This document shows positions 9,619-23,955 of a stretch of DNA of 64,000 nucleotides, piece after piece. Location: contig NC_087436.1 of the NCBI RefSeq assembly GCF_036321535.1, positions 36,334,001-36,398,000 of the forward strand. Reading direction: 5' to 3'. Source of the stretch: Camelus dromedarius (taxonomy: Eukaryota). A program made the position numbers and the translations under genes. Position 1 is the first letter of the stretch, and every line of letters starts with the position of its first letter. The notes under the pieces were generated by a model. The model saw nothing but the letters and a program-made list of their open reading frames with translations. It had not been told where the DNA came from and did no database searches.

Positions 9619-10080
9619 GTATCAGTTAAGATTAAATTCATCTAAGAGTGACAGAAAAAATATAAAATGTCAGTGTCTTAATGTCTTAAACTAGATAAGT
9701 GTTTATTTATTTCTTAAGTAAAATTCCAGAGATAGTCCAGAGATGCTTTGGCTCTTTAGGGTATCATGACTTAGGCTTCCATTGTTAAGACCACCTTATG
9801 GTCCCACATGGCTGCTCCAGCTCCAATCCATACATCCATATTCCATCTAGCAGGAAAGAGAAATGGAAAAGAGAAGAGAAACCCTTCTCTCTTTACAGAC
9901 ACTTCCTAGAGGTTGCAACGTGACTTTAGATTACATCCTACTGATTAGAACTTCATTCCATGACCACACCTACCTGAAAAAGAGGACTAAAAATGTAGTC
10001 TTTATTCTATGTAGCCATGTGTCTGGTTAAAAATTCTATTCTTATAGAAGAGAAGGGGACCATGAACAGTCTCTGCCACA
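9619..10080 (-). mobile_element. MaLR (MLT1-type) solo LTR, old
   Basis: ATGGCTGCTCCAGCTCCA, CATGACCACACCTA and terminal AGTCTCTGCCACA resemble MLT1 in reverse orientation. Confidence 0.65.
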
Positions 10081-10134
10081 GTCATGAAACTCTTTCATGG
10101 AGCACTTCACAAAATAAAGGTGTGGAAATGTTGA

Positions 10135-10830
10135 TGTAAATTGATTACTCTTCATAGTATTTTCTTAACTGCTAACAGTCAATGTCCAAGGCAATCCCCT
10201 GGAAGAGCCTGAGAACCAGGACTGGCAAGCTAATTTACCAAGGCATTCTTACAGGAACCAGAAGCATGAAAGGAAGAATTAATGTTATTTCATTTGCATC
10301 TAGCAATTGCAATAATTCACTTGAAAGCATTCCTCAAGCACTGAGAAGCCATCTCTTTGAAATGTAATTGCCAAGAAAGAAAGAACCCTTACCTCCCAGC
10401 TTCTATAAGGAAATGGGAGCCTAATTAGAGTAGACACCTTGCTCCAAATTACAAAATGACCTCTTTTCATACAGATGATGAGATCTCTGTTTTTCCTTTG
10501 GATAAACCCAATTAGTTAATGCAGATGGTCGCCCCAATTACCAGATGTATTTAGGATGAACTTTGTATGATAAATGGTGCTGTCAAGTCCTCTTATTTGA
10601 GGACTAGTTACTGTTTATCTTGAGAACATGTATGGAATGGGTTGTATCTGCTTGGCTATGTAAAAGGGGGAGATTTCCTTCTATTTTTTTGCATCTCTCA
10701 GTGACACACATCACATTCTGGTTTAATGCTTACTCAGTAATAAGCATTAAATTGTTCTCTTTCTCCTCTAACTTTGTGGAGAATTTTTCTTGGTTGGCAG
10801 AAGATTTTTAAAGTTTATATTTTCATAACA
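10135..10830 (+). mobile_element. MER34-like ERV1 solo LTR
   Basis: AAATGGTGCTGTCAAGTCCTCTTATTTGAGGACTAGTTACTGTTTATCTTGAGAACATGTATG...CATCACATTCTGGTTTAATGCTTA, ending TAACA at 10830. 5' boundary approximate. Confidence 0.75.
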
Positions 10831-11364
10831 CTGTCCTCAAACTCATTTATATCATATTACTTAGTATATTCTCTGTTACAAGTAACAGACTGTTGTAATT
10901 TGATACTGAACTGCCTAATTGGAGCTTTTTCTTGGTGTGGCTCAAAGAAAGATTCAATTAAAGGGCTCCACACTCAGGCAAAATGGTCAGAGCTGAATCA
11001 AAATTGATCAGGAAAGAACAAAATAGATGAAGGAAAGAGAAGGTCCAGAAAAAAGTGGGGTAGACAAATAGGGCAAGAAAAATCCTTTAAATAGAAAAGT
11101 ATATATTTAACATATTCAGCAATTTGTTAGAACAAAATATCCTTCTGATAGGAAAACTAAACTCAAATAAAAATGGAAAACAGAAAAGTACCATGACCAA
11201 ATCCCATATAAAGATTGGTGTTTTCAATAAAAAGTTCTACTTGAGAATTTTCACCTCTTGTGAGAGTGAATCAAATTGTCATTTTTGCCATCTTAAAATT
11301 TCATGAGGAGGAAAAATTCAAAATCTGGATAAATTACTTTTAATGTTAACATAATAAAGAATAT

Positions 11365-14160
11365 AAAGAGAAAGGGCAAACTTTTAGCTAGACTAATGAA
11401 GAAAAAAAGAGGAAAAACAAATAAAATCATAAATGAAGGAGGAGACATTACAAATGATATTACAGAAATGCACAGGATCATGAGAGACTATTGTGAGTGA
11501 CTATAGACCAACAAACTGGATAAGCTAGAAGAAATGGATAAATTCCTAGAAACATACAACCCACCAAGACTGAATCTGGAAGAAATAGAAACTCTTAACA
11601 GACCAATAATGAATGAGATTGAATCAATAATCAGAAACATTCCAACAAAGAAAAGCCCAAGACTACATGGCTTCAATAGTGAATTCTGCCAAATATTTGA
11701 AGAATTAACCCAGTCCTTCTCAAACTCTTCCAAAAAATTGAAGAGGAGGAAACACTTTCAGTCTTCATTCCATGAAGCCAGCATTACCCTGATACCAAAA
11801 TCAGATAAGGACACTACAAGAAAACTATAGAACAATAGCCCTGATAAATGCAAAAATTCTCAAAAAAATATTAGCAAACTGAGTCCTACAACACATTAAA
11901 AGGATCATATACCATAACCAAATGGAATTTATCTCTGGGATGCAAGAATGGTTCAACATAATGCAAACCAATAAATGTTATACACCACATTAATAGAATG
12001 AAAGATAAAAACATACAATCACCTCAATATATGCAGAAAAACACAATACCCTTTCATGAGAAAAACCCTCAACAAATTGGGTATAGAAGGAACATACTTC
12101 AACACAATAAAGGCCATATATGACAAATCCACAGCTAACAACATGCTCAGTGGTGAAAGACTGAAAGCTTTTCCTCTAAGATGAGACACAAGACCAGGAT
12201 GCATGTTCTCACCACTCCCATTCAAAATAGTACTGGAAGTCCTATCTAGAATAATTAGGCAAGGCATAGAAATAAAAGGCATCCAATTTGGAAAGGGAGC
12301 AGTAAAATTGTCATTATCTGTAGATGATATGATCTTATGTAGAAAATCCTAAAGACTTAACCAAAAAAAAAAAAAACAAAAAAAAAACAAAAAAACTGCT
12401 GAAATCTAATAAATAAATGCAGTAAAGTTTCAGAATACAAAATCAAAACACAGAAATCAGTTGTGTTTCTACACATTAACAATGAAGTATCTGAAAAAGA
12501 AATAAAACATTCACAATAGTATCAAAAACAATAAAATACTTAGGAGTAAGTTTAACCAAAGAAATTAAAGATCTCTACAATGAAAACAAGACTTGATGAA
12601 ATAAATTGAAGACACAAATGGAAAGATATCTCATGTTCATGGATAATAATTAATATTTTTTAAATGTCCACACTATATAAAACCATCTATAGATTCAATG
12701 CAATCCCTATTAAAAATCCAATAACATGTTTTACAGCAATAGCAAAAACAATCCTAAAACTTGTATGGAACCACAACAGACCCTGAATAGCCAAAGCAAT
12801 CCTGAGAAAGGGGAAAGAATAGTCTCTTCAATATGTGGTGTTTGGAAAATTGGATAACCACAAGCAGAAAAATTAAACTGGACCCTTATCTTACATCATT
12901 CACAAAAATTAATTTGAAATGGATTAAAGGCTTAAACATAAGAGCTGATAATGTAAAACTCCTAGAAAAAAAACATAGGGAAGAAGTTCTTTGACACTGG
13001 TTTTGGCAATGATTTTTTGGACATGATATGACACCAAAACCTCAAGCAACAAAAGCAAAAATCAACAAGTGGAACTATGTCAAACTAAAAATCTTTTGCA
13101 CTGAGAAAGAAACAATGAATAAAATGAAAAGGCAACCTATGGAATTGGAGAAAATATTTGCAAATCATATATTGGATAAGGGGTTGATGCTGAAAATATA
13201 TAAAGAACTCATATAACTTAACAGCAACAACAACAAATAAACTGATTAAAAATGGGCAGAGGAACTAAATGGACATTTTCCCAAATAAGACATACAGATG
13301 GCAAACAGACATGAAAAAATGTTCAATATCACTAATTATCAAAGAAATGCAAATCAAAACCACAATAAGATATCACCTCACACCTGTTAGAACGGCTATC
13401 ATCAAGAAGACAAGAGATAAGTGTTGGTGAGGATGTGGAGGAAAGGGAACCCTTGTGCACTGCTGATGGGAATGCAAATTGGCTTGGCCACTATGAAAAA
13501 CAGCGTGGAGTTTCCTCAAAAAAATTAGAAATACAACTAGCATATGATCCAGCCATTTCACTTCTGGGTATATATTCAAAGAAAATGAAAATAGAATGTT
13601 GAAAAGACATTGTAGCATTATTCACAATAGCCAAGATATAGAAATGACCTAAGTGTTTCTCACACAATGGAATATTATTCAGCCATGAGAAAGAAGGAAA
13701 TCCTGCCATTTATCACAACACGGATGGACTTGAGGGTATTATGCTAAGTGAAATAAGCTAAAGACAAGTATTGTATGGTATCACTTATTTGTGGAATCTA
13801 AAAAAGCAGAATTTGTAGAAACAGAATAGAATAGTGGTTACCAGGGGCTGGGGGAGGTGGGTGAACTGGGAAGATGTTGTTAAAAGGGTACAAGCTTACA
13901 ACTAGAAGATGAATAAGATCTGGAGAGCTAATGCACAGCATAGCGACCACAGTCCACTGTACTGTACTATATACTTCAACATTGCTGAGAGACTCGGCTT
14001 AAATGTTCTCACTGCAAAAAAGAAATGATAATTATGTGACTTGATAGAGGCATTAGCTTAAGCTATGGTGCTAATCATATTGCAACATATAAATGAATCA
14101 AATCAACACACTACACCATAAACTTTCAAAGTGTTATATGTAAATTGTACCTCAGTAAAA
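11365..14160 (+). mobile_element. 5'-truncated LINE-1 (ORF2 RT/C-terminal part and 3' UTR), old L1MA-like, degenerate
   Basis: MDKFLETYNPPRLNLEEIETLNRPI; RT motif remnant SLSVDDMIL near 12311-12340; MTPKPQATKAKINKWNYVKLKIFC. Internal deletion near 12810; L1MA9/10-like 3' UTR. Confidence 0.93.
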
Positions 14161-14165
14161 CAATA

Positions 14166-14620
14166 TTGTGGGTCATCCATTTGCAGTGGACACAGTGGGA
14201 GGTCTTCCTGCTGGCCCTGTCTGGGTCACACAGTAGCTGCAGCCATCTGCAGCTCCACTGAGGCTGGAGGGTCTGAGATGAGCTCTCTTGGACAGCTGGT
14301 GGTTGGCTTTGGCCGTGGGTCGGGCCTTCCTCTCACGTGTTCTCTCATAGTTAGGAAGTCCAGTCTGGGTTTCTCTACGCAGCAGCAGCAGCACCCCAGG
14401 GGCTAGTGCAGATGCTGCAAGGCCACTGGAGCTGAGAGGTTCAGCAGCCAAACCCATCACTTGCACTGCACTCTGTTGGTAAGAGGAAATCTTGAGGCCA
14501 GCCCAGATTGAAGGGATGGGGAAATAATTCTACCTCTTGGTAGGAGAAGTGGCTAAGTCACACAGTAAAGGGCCTGGGGAGGGAGGAATTACTGTGATCA
14601 CTTTTGAAAACAATCTTCCT
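14166..14620 (-). mobile_element. MaLR (MLT1-type) LTR fragment
   Basis: GGCCAGCCCAGATTGAAGGGATGGGGAAATAATTCTACCTCTTG motif typical of reversed MLT1. Confidence 0.6.
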
Positions 14621-14966
14621 CAAAGTCCACCTCCTCTCCTGGGACAAGGGGCAGAGAGAGGCCCCAGAGGAAGGGGCCCTCTGACACTGGAAGGAAACAG
14701 TCCAAGTGAGAGAGAAGTGTCTGTTCTTCTCACTCAGCCCACAAACTTTAATACTTTAAAACAAAGGGTTCCTATCAACCTATGGTTAGCAAGTTCAGAC
14801 ATCTGCAGAAAGTAATAGTACCTCTAATATTATTTTCTGCTTATCTTTTAACCTTTAAAAACACAATCAGTAAATACATTGAGTGATTGATTCTAAATTT
14901 TTAGATTACGTATATATTTTTTGTTAAGCCTTGGCAGCATTATTAGAGAAAGTGTAATTAAACTTT

Positions 14967-16351
14967 TTTTCCTATTATTATTATTATTTTTTTTAATTGA
15001 GGTATAGTCAGCCTATAATGTTGTGTCAACTTCTGGTATACAGCACAATTCTTCAGTCATACATGATTATACATATATTCATTTTCATATTCTTCTTCAC
15101 CATAAGCTACTACAAGATACTGAATATACTTCTCTGTGCTATACAGAATAAACTTGCTTATCTATTTTGTATATACCAGTCAGTATCTGCAAATCCCAAA
15201 CTCCCAGTTTATCCCTTCCCTCTCCCCTCCCCATTGGCAATCACAAGTCTGTATTCTATGTCTGTGAGTCTGTTTCTGTTTTACATATAAGTTCATTTGT
15301 CTTTTTTTCTTTTAGAGTCCACATATGAGTGATATCATATGGTATTTTTCTTTATCTTTCTGGCTTACTTCACTTAGAATGCCATTGTCGAGGGCTATCC
15401 ATGTTGCTGCAAATGGTTTTATTTTATTGTTTTTTATGGCTGAGTAGTATTCCATTGTATAAATGTACCACAGCTTCTTTATCCAGTCATATGTTGATGG
15501 ACATTTAGGTTGTTTCCATGTCTTGGCTATCGTAAATAGTGCTGCTATGAACACTGGGGTGCATGTGTCTTTTTCAATTAAGGTACCCTCTGGATATATG
15601 CCCAGGAGTGGGATTACTGGGTCATATGGTAAGTCTATTTTTAGTCTTTTGACGAATCTCCATACTGTTTTCCACAATGGCTGCACCAAAATGCATTCCT
15701 ACCAACAGTGTAGGAGAGTTCCCTTTTCTCCACAGCGTCTCCAGCATTTGTCATTTGTGGACTTTTTAATGATGGCCATTCTGACTGGTGTGAGGTGATA
15801 CCTCATCGTAGTTTTGATTTGCATTTCTCTGATAGTTAGTGATACTGAGAATTTTTTTCATGTGCCTATTGGTCACTCATATGTCTTCACTGGAGAATTG
15901 CTTGTTTAGGTCTTCTGCCCATTTTTGGATTGGGTTATTTGTTTTTTTCTTATTAAGTCATATAAGCTGTTTATATATTCTGGAAATCAAGCCCTTGACA
16001 GTTTCATCTTTTGCAAATATTTTCTCCCATTCCATAGGTTGTCAGTTTGTTTTGCTTATGGTTTCCTTTGCTGTGCAAAAACTTGTAAGTTTAATTAGAT
16101 CCCATTTGTTTATTTTTGCTATTATTTCTATTGCTTGGGTAGACTGCCTTAGGAGAACATTGCTGAGATGTATGTGAGATATTGTTTTGCCTATGTTTTC
16201 TTCTAGGAGATTTATAGTGTCTTGTCTTACATTTAAGTCATTAAGCCATTATTTTTGTATATGGTGTGAGGGAGTATTCTAACTTCATTGATTTACATGA
16301 TGCTGTCCCGTTTTCTCAACACCATTTACTGAAGAGGCTGTCTTTATTCCA
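14967..16351 (-). mobile_element. 5'-truncated younger LINE-1 with perfect TSD
   Basis: ORF2 C-terminus [24 protein letters not shown]...SLICGL* (15689-15312), 3' UTR and A-rich tail. 14-bp TSD tgtaattaaacttt at 14953-14966 and 16352-16365; TT/AAAG nick site. Confidence 0.96.
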
Positions 16352-18229
16352 TGTAATTAAACTTTAAACATATTTTTCTCTTGGTGTAAAGAAGAAAGTC
16401 AATTAATATACTGGGCTGTGATGTGAGATTTCTGCACCACAAAGTTTATTATTAAACATTGGCATATTTAAGGAATGTTTCAAACTCAGTTTTTCTCTTC
16501 AGGGCTTTACAAATTGGACCGATTTGTCTATATTTAAATGGTTTAAATGGTGGTATCATACCTACCATGGGAGGGGGGGAGACGAATATTTCTAACCATG
16601 ATTCATTTTGCCTCTGCAGCCACTGAGCCAACTGGCTTCTTTTAATAAGGAAGGCGGCTAAGCCATCACAACCCCGTGGATTTGGGGGCTGATGAGTAAA
16701 AGGAACACAAGGCCTGTGTCATCGGCTGTGGTTAATAGGACCCGGGAGACAGGGCAAGTGCAGACAGTGTTGGTGAGGACAGAACCCAGGCCCTCTGCGG
16801 CTGCCCAGAAGTTTGCTCAACCACTGCTCCAAACTCTTCCCTTTGGGAAAGTCCAACATTCATGGAGCAAAACCCAATCAGGAGTTGAAATGAGGGTGTT
16901 TTGAATGGCCAGGACTTGGTTCCCCGGATTCTTGGTGTCAAGGCGTGGCTGTTGTGTGATCTGGTCACACTGAGGAGAGATGGCCCAATGGTGTCAGCCC
17001 CCTCTGTTTGTTCTCACCTTCTCATTCTGAATCAGAGCAAACTGCAAGGTGGAAAAACAGAGCCCAAGACGGGAAATGGAAAAGCTGGTTGCCTCACACC
17101 TCTTTTGCCCTCCCCTTGCTGGGGCTTTCCTAGCACGGAGCTCCAGCCCAGCTAGCAGGGAACCAGAGGGAAAGAGAGGTGCCTGAAGAGAGCTGCTGGT
17201 ATCTGGGGCACTGTTCACAGGCAGGAATGGCCCAGAAAGGCTAACCCCACCTACAGTGTCTCTTCCTTTTCATTTATGGTAACAATGTGCAATGAATCTC
17301 TGTCTCTCTCTGTTCTTTCCTCCCTTCCTCCTTCTTCTTTCTTTCCCCCTCTGCTGCTTCTTTCCTTTAAAATTCCTCATTACTATTCACTGTTGAATTT
17401 AGTGGGAACAATCATGATGGAATGTGACACGCAGCCACACAGCTCAGAGACATTCAAGCCATTTTAACCCTGAAAGCTGTCAGAAGTGTGACTTAGACTA
17501 TCTTCTAAAGGATGGGAGAGAATTCTGAATTTTGCATGTCTTTTATTCTGGGTATGCATGTGTGTACATACACACTATATTATTGGAAACACTTTTTTTC
17601 CCTGAGTCTTGAAGAATGATAGCAAGATTTGGTCTTCAGAAAAATAAGTATTTTGATATAGTATCATTTGCATGTTTTATCTTTAGTAAAGACATCTGAT
17701 ATTCAGTCTGTCTTGTAAAAATGTGTAGCACAGTGGCAAATGTTTGTTTTTTATTTATAATATGATCTTCAGTCAATGGGAGATTATAGTAACTGCTCTT
17801 GACTTACTAAACAGTTTCCTCCTGGGTGGAAGTTTTTGTAGCACATGTGTATCTAAATAGTACTAGAGGGAAACCCAGCCCCAGGATAAGAAGTTGAGGG
17901 AAGGCTGAGCCTTCATTCGTCATGGAGGATATTTCCACTTGACTAGATCACTCTGATACATGAACATACTCTGAGGAACTGACAATTGGCCAGGCTGGTA
18001 TATAGCGAAGCAGCAAGATGGCAAAGTAATGGTTTTAGGGTTTTGTGTTCACTTCAGTTATTTTCTAATAAAATTTTAGAAGCAGATAGTACAAAGTCAC
18101 CAAAATCCTTATCTTCCTACATCAGGCAAAGTATCTCACACCCTTGAGTATCTGGCCTGGGGTATCTCTAATCGTAGCCCACTCTGTAGCCAGCAGAGGT
18201 ACTGGTCCTAACTTTTCTTTATTAATCAT

Positions 18230-18418
18230 GCTAATGCATTCGTAAGTCCACTTTTAAAAATTACAGAATATTTCAGTCATACAGAAAAGTAACAGATATG
18301 TCTAGAGCTCCTTTTATAAACTTCCTGGATCTCACTTCCCAGCGCTTCTTCCAGAGGTAACCAATGGAAGTTGCTCTATATCTTTCCATTCCACATTTTG
18401 ATATTTTGTTTTCAGTCA

Positions 18419-18462
<44 letters not shown>

Positions 18463-19340
18463 CACTGATTTGTAAGTTTTTAAATGTTACAAGTGATAGT
18501 ATACCAAACTTAGTGTTCTGCAACTTGCTCTTTCTAAATTCAATATTGTATTGCTGGGATTTATCCACCTCGACAAACTAAAATATCTAGTTCATTCTTT
18601 GTAATGGCTAAATTGAATTCCACTGTATGAATATACCATTGGTTATTTTCTCTATTCTAAGGGACCTCTTTATATGATTTATTTAAGTGCTATAAGGACA
18701 CTCTTTATATGATTATGTATATTAACCCTATTTCTTGTTGGGAGGTGTGTGCTAGTTACACATTTTCTTATTTTAAGAAGGGGAATGTTAGTTCCTCATG
18801 TCTTCTTATTTTAATTATTTCAATTTTTACAAAAGTATGAACTTTTAAAAATAAAATTAAATCTGTTGGCTGTTTCCTCTGTGATTTCTTCTGTTGCTTC
18901 AAAGCATACAGTGTATTCACCTCTCCAAAGAAAAAGTATTCTTTCATATTTCTTGTACTTTTTCTGGGATTTTTCTTTCTCTTTTTTTTTAGTTTCTTTA
19001 GTTACAGTTAAAACGGGGGGGGGGGATATGGTGGGAACACCCCAATATAATAATCAGTTGTCCCAGCAGGGTTTATTAAATTCTATTTTCCTTTGATATA
19101 ACTTCTTTATCACATATTCCTATGTATGATAAGATTTATTTCCAGGCTTTATAGTCTATCTAATTGATATGTTTGGTGTTACCTCAGTAGTTGAATCCTA
19201 TTTAACTGTGGTTGTTTTAAAATATATTTTCAGAGCTGGCAACCTCCCTTGCTCCTCTTTCTCAAAATATTTTTGGTATTCCTACTCATTTATATTTATC
19301 AATTTTATTAAAGTTTCATAGAGTTTCAAGGAAAAAAAAT
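18230..19340 (-). mobile_element. Ancient L1 (L1M-type) fragments with internal (CT)n(CA)n microsatellite
   Basis: TTCTGCAACTTGCTCTTT, TTCCACTGTATGAATATACCA and CCAGAGGTAACCA motifs of reversed old L1 3' regions; (CA)n at 18431-18460. Confidence 0.55.
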
Positions 19341-21849
19341 AAGAGTGCTAATGAATGTCTCCTCTCAGATGGGTTCTATTTCTACTCCTGGCAGGTGGTA
19401 AAGCCAGGACTTGAACCCATTCGTCTTCTCCCAGACCCAGAACCTCATAGTGCATTTGTACCTTGATGTCAAATCAAGTTGTGGAGGGAATTCTATTTAA
19501 CATATACTTGAAGTTGATAGATTTTTAATGCAAGTATGTTGAAATATTTCATGTTTGAGAGGTAGATTACAATGTTTATTAAATATAACACATTCTACTG
19601 TTATTGTATTGAATACATCACTTCCTTGCTTCAAAATCTCCAGTGATTCCCTGTTGACCCATACCTAAGTGATCCATAGAGGAAATCCATTAAAATGAGG
19701 AAAACGTAAATGCACCCTACCGTCTTAAATGTGCCATGAAACATGGACAGCCACATGTGATGTGCAGCCTGGGCCTCACTTTGTGCAGGGGTCCTCTGGT
19801 GGAGTTCAGAGGTGCCTCCTGACCCACGCCACATGCAGCTGCCTCGGCTTACGATTGGAAGTTGCAGTTTCTTTAAAGTAGAACAAGACCTGAAAGACAC
19901 CTCTGAAGTAGCCTAAGCCCAGAATCCTTCTGGAGTTTTACACATTTTCTCTAATTTTTAAAATAACTTCCTCCCTCACAGCTAACATCCATTATTTGAG
20001 GTGCTCACCTTGATCAGTTCTTCCCCAAGCATTCTACTTAACTGGCATAGAAGTGATCTCCCCATTAGTACCCCTCACATTCATATTTCATCCGGTTACG
20101 CAGCATTTAATGAAATTATGTAATTCCAGTTACTAATAAAGAAGGCACAAACAGACTTAGGAGCAAAGGAAACTAATTCCTGGTAAGCCCTGAACTCAGA
20201 TGGTGGAAGCAGAGGTGCAGGAGCCGTGGAGAGAGGTAACTATCTCCCAAGTTCAGGTGCAGGAGGCACCAGTGTACAAGTTTTATAGGGGGCATGAGAT
20301 GCATTGATTATCTAGGGAGCTGACTGGCTGGACCTCCGTTAAGAGAGCTTCCGCTGTTCTGATTCCTCAGCCTGCCCTCGTGGTCCTCAGACTCGCCTTC
20401 CCTTCCCCTCTCCTCCTGTTCCCTGCATGGGACCATCGATGAAGACTGCACTCACTCCTTTCCTTCCAGAAGCACCAACACTCCCTTGTGTTACAAGATA
20501 CTTTGTCTAAATTCTCCCTGTCTTGCTTCAAGGTATCCCTGCTGACAACTTCACTGTGTCATAACAAACCCCTGGACACACCAAACAAAGCATTTCTTGA
20601 GAACAGAGAAAATACAGCTCTTAGGTAAAAATCCCTGATGGCTGGCTCACATTGCCAGGCTAGTTCTGCATACTGAATCTGCATAAGGATGCACATGATG
20701 ACATTTATAACTTGGAGGGGGAGCTGAGAGTGTTAGCAGCATCTACTTGGGGACCCTATTCTCTGTTCTCCCTCTCTTCTCCTTCCTGCATGGTGAGCAA
20801 CAAGTTCTTGATATAAACATTTTATTCTGTATTTCTACAGACTCCCTGTGTTCTAATACCCTCAGGGCTTGCTTGCTTCTGCCCTTTGCCAATGCTATCT
20901 TTCTACCTGGAATGTCCTTCTCACTAGCATGTGTTCCTGTTGAAAACCTGCCCATCCTTCACTCTCCAGAGAGAACAAGCAACCAGCATATACCAGAATA
21001 TACAACATAAATTCACATATACACCACTGATTTTCCAAAGGATCCACAAACAGCTTGAAAAAAATTCAACATAAATGTTAAACAAGACAAAGGAAAGAAA
21101 AAAAATTGTGGGGGGAAATACATGTGTTCAAGTATTTGGGTTGACCTCCTGCCTCAGCAGAGGTCTTAATTTGATTCTTGGCTTTTCTTAATTTAAAAGG
21201 CAAAGGGACCATATCATTTTTTTTTAACCTGATACAAGAAAGTAAGCTTGTTTCCCTTCAAAGACGAATTCATTCCTGATACAAAATTTAAACCATGTGT
21301 AACAACGTGTTATCGCTTTTAGTAAGTGGGCACAGAAGAGGAGACTTCAGAGACAGGGCTCGGCTGCTTTGCTGAGATAAATTCATAGACCCTTGTCAGA
21401 AATCCCTGGAAGTCTTTTCATATTCTATCCAGGCTCTTAGACATCACTACCATTCTCTGAGAACTTCTTGATGGATCACCTTCTGCCAGCACTGCCCGGC
21501 ACTTCAGAGACTTGGGGCATCACTGAAACTGAATTCACATCATGTGGGATCGAGGCGGCTCTGACTTTTAACAGCTGACCTTGTCGAGTTGCTTAACCTC
21601 TCTGCTTTTCATTTTCTCTTCTATATGATGGTACAATAATTGGAAAAATACAACAGGTACCTATCACAGCACCGGACACTTAGGTGGCAATGCAAGGTAC
21701 TGATATTACTCTTACTTATTTTCTTTAAAAATAGCCAACAAACAAACAGACAAAACAATAACAACAACGACTTTTCCTGACCCCTGGCTTCTTTTCCCCT
21801 GATTTTAAAATGCACAGGTCTCCTCAGTCTTGGAAAAACCGTGGTTTGA

Positions 21850-22680
21850 CTATAAGGTGCCTTCAATCTACCATTTTATTTCCTACCTGCTTTTTAATGC
21901 CGTTTCCTTACCATTTGCTATCTCATTAACACGTCAAAATTTGGCTCTCCAGCAACCTTACCTTCACTGTACTGAAACTTCAAGATCCCCAGTGATTCAG
22001 TGTCTCTCTTCCTAATGCTTGGCAGTTTTAAGAGATGTTGGGATTTCCCCTCCCTTGACACACACTGCTTTTCTGTCCCACTCCTCTATTTTTCATTCAA
22101 TTTCTCCCACCTCAATTCTGTCTAGCAGTGGTTACTGCCAGGGAGTTGCGCTTAGATCTCTGCTTTACATAACCTCTACTCTCACTGAGTAATTTGATCA
22201 ACAAATATTTGTATGTAGATGCCTCCCAGATGTTTCCCTCCAAGCCAGATTGTCCCCTAGATTTCAGCTGTGAAACTGCTTAACCTCCATTTAAATGTCT
22301 AACAGGCATCTCAGACTCAATGTACTGAATGAAGCTCACCATCTTCCCCAAATATACTCTCTGTGTGCAAGTTTCAAACCTCCAAATCATCTTGGATTCC
22401 TCCTTATCTCCCCACATCAAATCAGACGTGAAGACCTGTCAGTTTTCCTTTCTCATGTAACTCAGTGTGTCGATTCCTCTTCACTCCTGCCAGCACCGCC
22501 ACTATCGCTTACCACTGCGTTCTTGGATTGTTATGCTCTTCTCAACTCTAGTTTTCTTCGATCTCAGTCCAGTCTGCCCGCTGCTACCAAGTTATTATTC
22601 ATTAAAAAAAGCTTCTCTCATCAAATATTAGAAAACTGCTCATCTCAAAAACACACGACTCCCTAAATTTCATAGAATAG
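21850..22680 (+). mobile_element. LINE-2 fragment
   Basis: ATGTCTAACAGGCATCTCAGACTCAATGT and other pyrimidine-rich L2 RT/3' motifs. Confidence 0.6.
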
Positions 22681-22869
22681 ACAAACTACTTTGATATTGT
22701 AGAGTTAGAGTTTCTAAAATTGGACTTAATTTGTCAATTTAGACTTATCTACAACTAATTCTTGACATTAATAATTATAATAAAATATCCTACTCATAAT
22801 GCCTAAAACCCCATGATGTTTTTAGACTCCAGCATCTACTCCCTGTCTTTCCCTGCCTCCCTCACTTAA

Positions 22870-23490
22870 AAAAAAAAAAGACAAGCCAACCTCATGATTT
22901 CCTTCAGGCACATCAACTCTTACCTCAGTATCAATCCATTTGTTTGCCAAGGTTCCATGTCCAACTCCAGGAGTATAGCATGTGAACCAAACTTGGACAA
23001 TCAGTCCACCAACTCCACCTTGGCCATAATAACGGTTCCAGGGTTGAGTATATGACCCATGTGACCTGTGTATGTTCAAGTAGGATGAATCCTAGGACTC
23101 AAAAGGATGTTCCTGAGAAAAGTCAGGATAGGATTAACTAGGCTGCAATAACAAGTATCAAATCCCAATGGCTCAACCCCATATGTTTTATTTCTTGCTC
23201 ATGGCACAGTCTGGTATGGGGTGGGAAGCTCACCTTCAGGGCTCTCCTCCAAGTGGTGACTCAGTGGTCTAGTATCTTGCACACTGCCATTTTAAGCAAG
23301 TGATGGCAAGCGAAAAAGGGGTAGAAACATAGTTGTGGATGTTAAGTGGCCAGGTTTTGTTTATTTTTACTGGGCAAAAGCCCAGTCAAGTGGCTCCATC
23401 CAAGTTCTGAGAGGTAGGAAATATAATCCTTCCATGTCCTGGGAAGAGGAAAATGAAACAAGACTCGATAAATACATAGGATTCTTTCTG
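22870..23490. mobile_element. Two adjacent MaLR (MLT1-type) LTR fragments in opposite orientation
   Basis: CATGTGAACCAAACTTGGACAATCAG (plus, ~22870-23110) and AGTCAGGATAGG..CTAGGCTGCAATAACAA...TCTGCCACA (minus, ~23120-23497). Confidence 0.5.
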
Positions 23491-23955
23491 CCACATAAGG
23501 GAGGGTATAGGAAAAAAGTAAAATTGTAGAGTCATTTAAAGTTGCATAAAAAATCAGGATTAATATTTTATTTCCATATAAAGAATTAATATAAGATTTT
23601 CCAGAGTGTACAAGACACCCAGAAAGAGTCACAGACCTGCCTTTGCCCACTCAGAGGACCCAGTGTTTCAGCTCCTAGGTATGTAAAACTCTGAGATGGA
23701 ATGCTGGTCCATTTTCTTACTTTTTCCTTTCACACATACTCAGCAATTTGTCTAGAAAAGGGAGAGGCCAAAGAGGGAAGTACAGAGGAGAAAGGGGAGA
23801 ATGAGAATGAAAAAGAGCAGGGAGAGAGAGGAGAGGAGGAGTTGAGGGAGGAAGAGAGGAGAGGAGGAGAGAGAAGAAGGAGGCAGTAGTGTTAAGACCC
23901 ATGGCATTTGTATTTGGAGTTTTTAGTTATGTATTATCTAAAAACTCAGAGAACC

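Noticed and set aside
15312..16177. ORFs of 111-125 aa
   Set aside because: Sense and antisense translations of a 5'-truncated L1 ORF2.
20128..20720. Possible reversed LTR (TATA-like CCTATAAAAC on the minus strand)
   Set aside because: Could not define TG...CA ends, a TSD or a family by eye.
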